DNA from: Glaucostegus cemiculus
Taxonomy: Eukaryota
Reading direction: 5' to 3'
Length of the DNA stretch: 64,000 bases
Assembly (NCBI GenBank): GCA_976551045.1
Contig: CDPCPM010000311.1
Location: 186,001-250,000, forward strand
Made by a program: the position numbers and the translations under genes. The notes below the pieces were generated by a model that worked only from the letters and a program-made list of their open reading frames with translations, had not been told where the DNA came from and did not search any database. Below are positions 52,252 to 63,270 of this stretch, piece after piece (positions within the stretch are counted from its first letter, which is position 1; each line of letters opens with the position of its first letter).

Positions 52252-53542
52252 GTAAAATAAACTTCATGTGAAACTGAAACGGTGAATAGCACTTTGGAAT
52301 GTATTAACCATGGCAAGTCCCAGCACAAACTGAGCTTGTAAAGTCCAGATCCACTGCCTTTGCATCTGACCCAAAATTCGGCAAGGTGAGCCAACCTGGG
52401 TGCTGCAAGATGGCTAATGGACAAGAATGGAATAATGTCTCAGAGGGGTTCTTGGGTTGGATAAGTCATGTTGATGGGCTGGAGTGCAGAAATATACTTG
52501 GCATCTTTCCTTCTGATGTATCTGAGAGGGGAGTGCTGGCTGGGTGATGAGGCTTACCAAAGACTTAAAGCAGGAAAGATTTCCATTCACTCCCTCCCCA
52601 GGTGTCTACTGAAATCCATCACCTTAGACAATGCAGAGCTCAAAATAAAGTAGAGAACACATATTTCTCATCAACCAGCCCCAAAGTCTTGGCTGGAGTG
52701 ATCAGTGTTGAATATTACATCAGCATTTGCTGGTGATAAGGGATTTCTTTGCCTGTTCAATATGCAACCTGGTTGTTTTCCATTGTTCAGTTTTGTGGTC
52801 TTCTGATAGTGGTTTGCATAATCGATTTCCAGCCTCCACCACCTATAATTGAATTCGTGCTCTGTTTTTTGACAGTAAAACACATTGAACTCTGAAATAG
52901 AAACCCACTTGAGTTTCCTAAATTTAATATTTTTTTCAAGAAGGAGAAACATTCTGCATACCAAATAGTGGAAGGAATCCCCAGGAGTAATGGACCAGCA
53001 TGCCCAGATTTTGTCCTTGCATACACAGGAGGCATAATGATGAGAGGTACAACAGATGTGAAAGGACCCATTGTGTGTAGCTTCATCTACTGAGAGAAGG
53101 CTAAAAATATAGAAATCGTGAAAAGCATTGTGCAGTTTCAGTGCCCCTTCCAGGTTCTCTCCACTGTGACATTTCAGGTCATAATCAAAAGATTTAAGTA
53201 GCCAGAATATCTCTAAAAGCAACACATCGTTTAAGCATATTTTCTAAACTTGGCTCTCCAAATGATTGAATAGAAAATCATTTTAATTTTGCTGTGGGAT
53301 TGAGCCCCCTTTTAGCCTCATCAGGATTGCTAATTCTCATCAGTAGTCAAATTCCTGGTTGGGATGTTCCCCAGAAAATTTACTGTTGGTGCACTGTTTA
53401 AAGGAACACAGTTGTCACATTAATATTCCCCACTGGATCACACTAGGTTGGTTAATCCTTCCCCAGGTTGTTGGTGTAAAACTGTAGTTGTATTTGGCAC
53501 ATAATTAATACTGCTTTCCAGATAATTCAATCTGAAGTTAAA

Positions 53543-53720
53543 AGTCAAATTGTCATCGGCACAAGTCCACGTGTGCACAGGTGCAATGAAAAACTTACTT
53601 GCAGCAACATCACAGGCACAGAGCAGCATTCACAAGAAAAACATAAATTAAGCATAAACATGATTTTTGTATATTTAAAAAAAACATAATTAGAACACAA
53701 AAAACAAAGTTGGTACTCCA
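53543..53720 (-). mobile_element. Rex1/Babar-type 3' tail fragment
   Basis: gtgcaatgaaaaacttacttgcagcaacatcacaggcac is nearly identical to 49949-49988. Confidence 0.75.
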
Positions 53721-54382
53721 TGCCCATAAAGAACTGACCTGGTTCTTTACTGTAGTTTTCCCAGTAGGTGATGGGCCTGAGAGTGGCCTATACTCAAGTA
53801 CACTGGCTAACGTGGTATATCTAGTGTGCTTGAGTAGAGCCTGCTGTCAGGCCATGCGTCACCACACACCAAGCGAGAATCAATGGGCATCAGCACCTGT
53901 GCCTCTGCACATGGTTAGCTCTTAGTTTTCCTTCCTAGATTTGCCTGTTAGACCTATCACCAACAGGGAAAAGGGGGTAAAACTCATTGCATCTAACTTC
54001 TGATTCCATGGATCCTTTCACTAGTGCTATGGCTACTGAGACATGGCCCAGCCTCCTAGTTGCATTGTCTTGCCTGCCGTCGTTGAATGACATGTGAAAT
54101 AGAGGGGATGGTGCTGGGAACATCTCTCCAATAACATCCCATAGCAGAGAGATCTTGTCCATAGGAGCCACGCTTACACGGCATGCATTCCCAGATAATC
54201 TCTGTGCTCTAGTATGAAAAGAAAAAGAGCTTGCATTCTTATAGCACGTTCATGACCTTGAAGCACCCAATTTGCAATCCTTAGACCATATCTGAATTGT
54301 GTGAGTGACATTGAGGTAATGAGTCTGCTTCACTGTGTCCTTGTTTGTGACTTGTATAATAGTTATTGCTGTTAATTGACAG

Positions 54383-54511
54383 AACTTTCAGCAATGTTTG
54401 AGACCATGGGAAGTAACCAGGCTGCTGTGGATGCATACATACCACAACAGGTCCTGCCCTCCTCTGTTGCCTCCCTGTCAATACGTCCTCGCTCGGAGAA
54501 ACCACCGTGGT
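54383..54511 (+). CDS. PPIP5K1: PPIP5K1 exon O (alternative in-frame acceptor at 54392)
   Basis: ttgacag|AA CTT TCA GCA ATG TTT...CCG TGG T|gtaagt; ELSAMFETMGSNQAAVDAYIPQQVLPSSVASLSIRPRSEKPPW; RSEKPPW ending matches PPIP5K1. Confidence 0.9.
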
Positions 54512-54867
54512 GTAAGTAACATATTGCATCTTTCATGATTTACATCAATATTGAGAGGACGTGTTTGCTACTGGAAAAGTGGGTGAAGAAACGAGCTCCA
54601 GCATTTGGAAAAAGTACAGTGAATTAACAGTGTGTTGATGAAGCATTTTAACCTAATAACATGTCCCAAGGTGCTTCACGGGTACATGACTAGACACCAA
54701 GCTGTACTGAATCATTAGGAGAGGTGATCAAAACCTTGGCCACTAGGCTTGTCTGAGTTTGGAAAGCACAAGGATTGTGAAGGGCAAAATATTGCAGGGG
54801 AGACTGCAGGAGTCTGTCGATTGTAACTTCAGTTTTTATCGCACATCACTCGAGACCTGTGCACCAA

Positions 54868-55121
54868 ATTTTATTTATTTTATTTTATTTACAGCATGGT
54901 AACAGGCCCTTTCGGCCCTCCGAGTCCACGCCACCCATTTTAAATCCCCATATTAACCTACCCGTACGTCTTTCAGAATGTTGGAGAAAACCGGAGCACC
55001 CGGAGGAAACCCACACAGACATGGGAGAATATACAATCTCCTTACAGACAGCGACGGGAATTGAACCCCGATCGCTGGCACTGTAACAGCGCCACGCTAA
55101 CCGCTACGCTATTGTGCCGCC
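54868..55121 (-). mobile_element. tRNA-derived V-SINE (HE1-like), young, CpG-retaining
   Basis: Reverse complement: ggcggcacaaTAGCGTAGCGGttagcgtggcgc...gGGTTCAATTCCcgtcgctgtctgtaagg...gtgggtttcctccgggtgctccgg...gggccgaagggcctgttaccatgctgt(aaaat)n. Confidence 0.88.
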
Positions 55122-55880
55122 ATGGTGGTTAATATGTTACAATATGTAACCATGGTGGTTTTTTGACCACCAGCGACCACTGGATGATTGTCAGATCCTT
55201 CCAGGATAAGGTTACAAAGGAACGGGAAATCTTCTGGGCAAGGTTCATGTCTAAAAACACTTAATTTGTCATTATATTGTTCTTTCTTTACTCAGATGCT
55301 AGTCCATTTAAATGAGTTAAGTGGGTAAACCTCTGTCAACAAATAGTATCAAGTGTTTGCAAAAGCTAATCAAAAGGTCTATCTAGCTAGACTTCAGCTG
55401 TAGCTGACGTTACATTATCTGCATTCATGTAGGGTCTTATGCAGCTTTTTAAAGTGGAACAGTAGACGTTCCAAAGACTTTTTAATGGTTTAATGTCCAC
55501 TGGACATTGCAAGGGATATCGGATCACATTAAACACACTTAGAACCAATATACTCTTAATCCTTCAACTCGGATTGCTCTCACTATTAATCAGAGATCTC
55601 TCATCACTGGTGTACTGTTAGCCAGCTGAAAATGTTCCATTCAGTCATGACTCCAGGGTAAAGGGACAGAATCTGTGATTGTATCACTGGGTGTTTCTTT
55701 GCAGTTCAGATTGATACAGAAATAATCACTCTGTCTGATATCCCTCTGATAGTGTTGTACCTGCAATGCAATGTAGCAGTAATTCAGAGGTGGATTTCAC
55801 TGGTGTGTGTGTGTGTGTAAAGATAATTTTCAATGTTTATTATTGATTTTTTAAAAATTCCCCTGCATCTTTGACTGCAG

Positions 55881-56194
55881 ATAGCAGCGGTCCTTCGAGC
55901 ACTGTGTCGAGTGCTGGCCCGTCCTCGCCCAATACCACGGACAACTCGCCCCGCTTTAGTTTCAGTGAGAAGTCGTCACTCACGCCACAGAGCAGCGAAG
56001 AGCAGCAGCAGTCTGCCCACCCACCAACTCCAAGCCAACACGCCGGACACAATCACAAGGATGTACAGCTGAGCAGCCAGGCACAGCAGGCCGCTCAAAG
56101 TCAACAGCCATACCAGAATCACAGCGGCTCACAGGCATCGGCGAGTGTGGCGGGGCAGGGACAGCAGGCAGTGGAAGGTTTGGTGGAGACCTAA
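55881..56194 (+). CDS. PPIP5K1: PPIP5K1 last (or penultimate) coding exon P, ends at TAA
   Basis: ttgactgcag|AT AGC AGC GGT; YSSGPSSTVSSAGPSSPNTTDNSPRFSFSEK...QAVEGLVET*; CpG-rich; Ser/Gln-rich tail. Confidence 0.9.
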
Positions 56195-57584
56195 CAGTCA
56201 AAACAGTGGTGCACACCACAAGCCGTGAGGCCCGCTCCTGAACTTCTGTTACTAAATAGACTGCTGCTGTACAGTTTATGCATCCAGGGCACGAGTCTGG
56301 GGTCAGTCCAGTAAGTTATTGCAGCACTGTAATAGTCAGACACCCCATGATCTGACTGGTGGTCTGGCATCACCTCACACCATTTGAACTCCCATGTGAT
56401 TGGTTAAGTCGGGTATCAGTACCCTCCCATGTGATGGATGATGTATTTGTATCTTTTATGCATCTCACTCCTATACCTGTGTACAGAAAACCAGCTATTT
56501 CTTTGTCCATGCAGTTTGTAAATTTTAGAAGGTTATTTAATGATGGTCTTTTGTAAATACAGAAATATAATTCTCTTGGACGTGGCTGAGATTTCAGATT
56601 CCAATCTTTTCTTCTACCCCATATCTTCACAACACTATAATTGATCCTAGTGAAGCAGAGAGGGAATATGATCTTTAACTAGTATTGGTGTTCCTGTTCA
56701 GATGAGATGTAAAGGAAGTCAATGTCCCTGTGTCTTCCATGTCCTGTGAGCTGTCCACCAGAGTGATTCCAAGTTTGGTCTTGCCCCTGCTCGATTAAAT
56801 AATCTTGGTCAGGCAGCAGTTGGGAGAATCTCTTATTCACATATAGGATGAAGCATCACCGCTGAAGCCACATTTATTGCCCATGAGAAAATGGTGATGA
56901 GCTCCCTTTTGGAATTGCTGCCATCTATTTAATAAAGGTGCTCCTGCATTGCCGTTGGGTAGGGTGTTCCCGGATTTAGACCCAGTGGCAATGAGGGGAT
57001 GATGTTATATTTCTAAGTCAAGATGTTACGATGAGGAGGAGTCCTTTCAGGAGCTGGTGCTCCCAAAAGCCTGTTACTCTTATCCTTGGTTATAGAGGCT
57101 CAGCTTCAGGGTCCCTAGGCTGGGGAAGCAGGATATTAAGCCAGAGATTCCCTGCCTTGAATGCTGAAAATGGTACCTTTATTATAGGTAAGGATCAGAT
57201 TAACCTTTGATAGCTTCCAAGATTGAATAATCTGCTTTCTCCAAGACTGGCCACCCTGAGGTCTTCAGGAAAGAAGAGAAGAAAAGTTGTGTTGGAAAAC
57301 AATCATGTCCACCACCATGTACCCCAGCTAACTACAAAAAAAGAATTAGGAAGTCCAAAGTTAACTTGATTTTTATAAAAACTGATATCAGTGTTGCTTC
57401 TGAAGAAATTGCGTGAGGCAGTGACTTCACTGTTCCAAAAGTAGAGCTGAATCTCTGAAATAAAGAAGTCAATTTACCTAAAGAAAATTTAAAGTTGATA
57501 TCCATATCTTAATGTGAGTTGTGTGTTTTCTAAGGGAGATGTCCATGTTTATAAGTGCCTCATCTGTCAGCTTATCTGAGTTTC

Positions 57585-57870
57585 AGCTTTGGCTCAGCTG
57601 GTAACATTTTTCCTTCTGCATCTGAAGGTTGTGGGTTCAAATCCCACTTGAGGTTTGAGCATAAAGGCAGGCACTCCCAATGCAGGTCTGAAGGAGTGTT
57701 GCACTGTCAGGTAAATTTGAATAAAACATCAGACTTGAACCCTGCTCTCTGAGGGACATAAAGAGCTTATGAAGCTCCTTCAGTACAGCCAGGAAACTCG
57801 GCCTGGTGTCCTTGGGCTGCAAACATCAGTAAAATATTGTCTGGCGATTATCATCTTGATGTCTGCGGCC
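57585..57870 (+). mobile_element. Old tRNA-headed Deu-domain SINE
   Basis: TGGCTCAGCTGG A box, GGTTCAAATCC B box, then ttgagcat...cactcccaatgcaggtctgaaggagtgttgcactgtc. Confidence 0.6.
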
Positions 57871-58609
57871 CTAGAATGCATCTTTTTTTTGGAAGAGGAA
57901 AAGTAGCCTGGGTTGCATCTCCTGATTTTTGTGTGTATGTGTGTGCATCAGGACTGGATGGGTGTTTATCCCAAATTAAATTTTTCTACCAAAGCTCCCT
58001 AGATTCCCAAGTTAAGAACAGGAGAGGCAACAATGGGCAACGGTTCCCATGGATCCTTGATCCCAGCATGAGTCAATACTTGTATAAACAATACTGTGTG
58101 TTATCTAGCAGTGTAATTATAACCTGTTAGGGCTGTATTATAACAATAGAGCCCAGCATTAGCAGCTTTGTATAAGAAACAATCACTCCAGGACATGGAT
58201 ATCACCGTGTGATAACTGTTGGGATTGATTGGTTTGAAGATTTTGGTGTTCTTTTGACTAGACTATTCTACATTTTTTAAACTTTAGTAATGGTTGTGCC
58301 AGGAAATGAATAACTAATGTCGTTTTAGGATGATAAGATGCGTCTATGATGTTGAAAGTCTTCTGGGGATACAGAATTGGTCTGTAGACCCCATTCTCTC
58401 ACTGAGGCATGCAGCAGGGATTTTCATGTATTAGTAGATGACAGAAAGTTTGTACGAGCTTTAGTATTGTGCGATCAGTCTCGCAATACAGCATTTTGTA
58501 TTGTACAATGCACCATCTGCTGCTACCAGCCCATCTCCTTGTGTTACGTGGCTCCAGGCACAGGCCCACACTGGAGGTTGTATTGCTGGGAGTGTTTCAC
58601 ATTCGAACA

Positions 58610-58900
58610 GTAAGAAGTGGGAGCAGGAGTATGCCCTGTGGGCTTCGAAACCTGTTCCACCATTCAGTTAGGTTATGGCTGATCTTTTGTCTCAAGGCCC
58701 TTTCCTGCCCAATCATTGTATTTCCAGATCCGATCCCCGGATCATAACTTTGAATATACCCTGAGCATCCAAAGCCCTCTCAAGAAGTGAATCCCAAAGG
58801 TTTACAGTGGCCTGAGCAAAGAGATTTCTCCTCTTCTCAGTCCTGAATGGAGCACCCTGAGACAATGCCTCCTGGTTCTGGACTCCCCAGGCTCTTAACA
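58610..58900 (-). mobile_element. CR1 LINE 3' fragment
   Basis: Minus ORF contains PFRTEKRRNLFAQATVNLWDSL, the CR1 ORF2 C-terminal motif (FRTE.RRNFFTQRVVNLWNSLP). Confidence 0.75.
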
Positions 58901-61315
58901 TCTACTCGGTGAATTACAGTTCAAGTGGACGCAGGACAGAACCTTCCAATGCTCCCTGTTCTTCACTGAGACTGCACTGCCAACGTATCACCACAAAGTA
59001 CATCAGTGGATTGTATTTTTTTGCCTAAATTCCTCACAGCTATATGTTTTCACCCAGAAGAGCCTAACATCATCAGCTCTTTAGTCCCTGTGTTCTGCTT
59101 TGAAGATCGATAGAGTTGTTGATACTCTTAGATTTTTGTGAAATTGTTAAAAGAAGTGTCATCTTGTATCTTGGTACACTTCATACAAATTTGGATTGGG
59201 TCTTGGGGGAAGAGTTTGGGGAAGGAAGAAGTTGCACATTACACTCCTAGACTAGTGTGAACTTGCCCCTATTATTGCTATAAGTAGCACATTGTACCAA
59301 GAAGAGCATGTTTGATTGTGATGACCCTGGGATGCCCACTGTCTAGGTTCAACATGGGCTTGGAGTTGCAGGCTCCCTAACAAGGGAATTGGGGTTTAGA
59401 TTTGAATAACAGTGTAGTTTAACATTGCCTACCACAAAAGTGGGAATTCAAATGCAACTTGAATGGGAGTGTAACATTTTAGTGCTTGGCAGTGTGTAAG
59501 TGTGGTCACTAGGCAGAACCACTTCTGTTCTTTCACTGATGCACTTTGTTGTTTCCAGGTGGTGTGCTGAGCTGATGGGAACTTTAGGCTTGCTAGCAAA
59601 ATAATCAGATAGGTAGCTGCTACAGGAGCAGGGAGCTGAACTCGGGTTCTGTGTAAGTATACATTGGGGGAATCTCACGGTTAGAGTTTGAGATGTGCAG
59701 ATGCTTCCTGCAGCTTAATTAGTGCACTTTTTAAAAAAATTTATTTTCAATGAATCTAGAAGTTTAGCAATAAATTTACTTAATCTTTTAAGTTTCAGTT
59801 AAATACAGAATAGGTGGAGGGTGAAGACCCTTCTACTGCAGCTAGAGGAAGGGACGGGAGTTTGGTTAAAATTTGACATGAGACATGCTGCCGATACAGT
59901 GTGGAAGCATGGACTAGGGAGTAAGTATCACAAGGCATGAATGCCGGGAAGAGATCTGCTATCCTCAAAAGCGCAGATGTCAGGCAGCATTATACCTAAA
60001 TGTTGTAACCCTAATTCTGATTCGCACTCTCACCTATTAGGCAATGCACTAGTTGCGATGAATTCAGTGGGAGGAGGCTGAGTGACTGGTTCCCTGCTCT
60101 GAAAACCACTTTTATAAAAAAATCTCTCTCAAGTTCTGCTCTAATCTGCGTGTTGCATCACCTTTTCAAAGGACTTTTAACAGTTCCCACAAGCAATACC
60201 AGCTGGTACCTTTTAATAGATTAAAATGTGATATCAAAGAAGCTTTACTCTGCTTTAAACTGCCTCGGTAGCACTGGCTATGATATTGATGAAAGGAACT
60301 GGGGGAACGGTGTTACATTTGAGCCTGTAGTATAGGATTGTGCAAACTTTTAAACTTTTTTTTTGTGGCAAAACAAATCCCAAATAGAAGCAAATGCTGT
60401 AAAATGAGTGTAATAGGCATGAGGTACTCAACGTGATGTTATTTTGTTTTGTAAACCATAAGAGGTTGACCGTACTAAAGGAGGATTATTGGCACATCAT
60501 GTCAATACTGAATCATTGCTTGAACAGTCGGGGTCTGGTCTCACTTTGCCATTCTTTCCTATGTATCCTTGGGCTCACATCACCCTAAGCTCTGGAATTC
60601 CTGCCTTAAACCCCTCCTTCCTCATACGGCTCTTATAACCTAGCTCTTAAATCAATCCCCTGGACCCTTGTCCCGCTATCTTTATTGTATTAAATTTTCA
60701 TTAGCAGTCATGTGAAACACTCTGGGATGCTTCACTGTATTAAGGTGCTGTATAAGTCGTTGTTCCTTGAGATAAACATTTCTCCCTCAGCTCTTTCCAT
60801 GGTTCACAGCTCTCTGCACAAAGACATTTCTCCGAACCCTTCATCACTTCCCTTTTTAATTGAAATCTTGTTTGGTAAATCATTTTTAAAATCCCGGCCC
60901 TTTAGATTATCCTTCAGCTGTTAGTGGTAGTGTTACCAAATAAATCCAACCAGTCATGGTGCCAGAAAAGCTAGAGTTCAGATGAGATTCTTGCACAAAT
61001 TTCTGCATCGCACTGCTGTGTTACCTCCTGGAGTTGAGCTACAGCTGGCATGTCTGCAGGGTAAATTAGTGAGGGCTTTTAGTGTGACCAATTTGCCATT
61101 CTGATAGATTGTGGAAAAGTAGCAACTATGAAAATGGACTCTCATTGCATCAAGTCCTTGTTAAGGGGTTTGCTTAAATGGTTCATAGCGTTCTGTGTAT
61201 GGTTTATTTAAATTATTATTCAGGACTGCCAAATAAAGCTGGGAGACACTGGTTGAAGTATGGTTTTCACTCATGAAGAATCCATATAGAAATGCCCACT
61301 GAAACTAAACACAGT

Positions 61316-61441
61316 ACTGCAGCAACACACAAAAAGCTGGAGGAACTCAGCAGGTCAGGCAGCATCGATGGAGGGAAATGGACAGTTGCAGATCGAGACC
61401 CTTCATCTGAGCATGCTGCCTGACCTGCTGAGTTCCTCTAG

Positions 61442-61474
<33 letters not shown>

Positions 61475-61508
61475 GCTCCAGATTCCAGCACCTGCAGTCT
61501 CTTGTCTT
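61316..61508. mobile_element. Palindromic Penelope-derived short element with an internal (TG)n microsatellite
   Basis: agctggaggaactcagcaggtcaggcagcat is the inverse of atgctgcctgacctgctgagttcctctagct; TG repeat at about 61443-61472. Confidence 0.8.
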
Positions 61509-62937
61509 CACAAAGTACTGCAAGTTCTGGAAATCTGAACTAAAGGTAGAACCACTTTAGAAACAAAATGCTTGCAATCCCTGAAAATGATGAAGAATCA
61601 GTCAGCTAAAAATAACTTGTTGCCTTTTTTCTTGATTGAATTCAATCCTACTTAAAGGATTTTGCACCAGATATTATCTCCCTCCCTTCTCTTTCCCATG
61701 GGGGTATCCAGTCCCCAGAGTCCATTCACCCTGATTGTTTCACTGGTATCTCTCATTATGCAAAGTGCTTTATATGATCTTTGTTTCTCTTTCTGACGTT
61801 TCATTTTGATCTGTTGCTTAATCCCTGCCCATCAGATTGGTGTTTTGTTACCTCACTGTTGAGCCTGCAGTAGTGCAAGTTAGAAATAAGTTTCCTTAAG
61901 CCGATTTGACACACTCTCCAGGTGATTAATAGTGAGTCAGTGAGTTATATTTATCATATGTGATGTTTGTACAGAAATTGCACTGTTTTATCAGTTCTTT
62001 ACTTACATAATTTCTTTGCACTTTCTGTATATTTTCAAAGGCAAATGTCAGAACAATATACTTTGTTTTGATAGATTGACCACTGTGCATTATTTATATT
62101 GCTGAATCGAAGTTTTCAGCGTGGTTTTGAAACAGGGTGTCGGAACGAGAAAGTGCATCGCAAAATGATGAGCAGTAAAGCTCACTCGGGTGTCAGTAGG
62201 CATTAGGGTTTCTGTGGGTTGAATCTGCATCTCCTCTGTATCTGAACAAGGGTTATTGGAAGTGAGCCTCCTTAAGATGCTTAAATGAGATACTAGTGGC
62301 ATGTTGGGGAGCTTTTGGCTATTGTATTTGGCAGCACCAGATGAGTAGACCAATCAGAGCAGCAGGGAGCAAGGGGATTGCCCTATTGTAGGTTAAACAA
62401 ATTTCTGTATTCTGCCAGAATCCCTTGTAATTTTCAACTTTGCAGTTTTTTTTCTATATGAATTATTTAGATAATTTTCTTAATCCTGAACTTTATTTGT
62501 GAGGTGGGGAGTTTGTCATTCAGGTCAATTTTGTGGAAAGAATTGCATACACCTCACCTTGATCCTTCATGTTCCATAGTAGACTTGGAACAAGTCATCC
62601 CTTCCTGGCTCGGAATGGTGCATTAGCGGGCAGACGGCTCATTCAGTCACTTTACTCTATCTACTGGCCTGACCTCATTGGGGAAATCCCTACCATGCTG
62701 ATCTTTTAGTAACACACTTGGGTGTTTTGTGCAGCAGGAAAGTGTAACCAAAAACCTCAGAGGGTAACACATGATTCTTTGATGTCGGAGAGTAAAGTGA
62801 TTTTTTTTTAAGACTGTTTATTTCTTTGTGATGTTGGGGAAGGGAGATGGGAATGCATGGGAAGGATTGTAATATTCATGGAATCATGATAACTTATTGA
62901 AATATTTTCCATTGTGCGGTTTACAAATTATTTCATT

Positions 62938-62943
62938 AATAAA
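62938..62943 (+). terminator. Candidate distal polyadenylation signal of PPIP5K1
   Basis: AATAAA in an AT-rich context, followed about 20-35 nt later by a GT/T-rich stretch (ctttgctttgtgtagt); several other AATAAA hexamers lie between 56931 and 61237, so the choice is uncertain. Confidence 0.4.
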
Positions 62944-63064
62944 GCTTAAGAAATGCAGCTAAAACACTTTGCTTTGTGTAGTATATGAATACAAGTTTTA
63001 TAACCCTCTGGTTGACTCGAGAGTGTGAATGAACCTTCTAAAACCATACCAAAACCAGTCAAAG

Positions 63065-63270
63065 AGTAGAGACACAAATACCTGCAGATGCTGGGATCTG
63101 GAGCCAAAAACAAGCTGCTGGAGGAGCTCGGTGGGTCAGGCAGCATGTGTGAGGGTGAAGGAATAGTCAACATTTTGGGTCGAGACCCTTCATCAGGACC
63201 AGTTGACTATTCTTTTTGCCTCCACAGATGCTGTCTCACCCGCTGAGTTTCTCCAGCAATTTGTTTTTAC
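63065..63270. mobile_element. Palindromic Penelope-derived short element
   Basis: ctgcagatgctgggatctggagc..ctgctggaggagctcggtgggtcaggcagcat..gaatagtcaac / gttgactattc..gatgctgtctcacccgctgagtttctccagca; more degenerate copies near 6450-6620, 17330-17460, 44860-44975, 45755-45895 and 46800-46990. Confidence 0.8.

Noticed and set aside
52671-53225. 184-aa minus-strand ORF, longest in the track
   Set aside because: Non-ATG start, random-looking composition and no known motif; no support for a nested gene.
55881-55887. Extra AGs just after the exon P acceptor
   Set aside because: Offsets of 4 and 7 nt break the frame of the conserved YSSGPSS peptide; no evidence of use.
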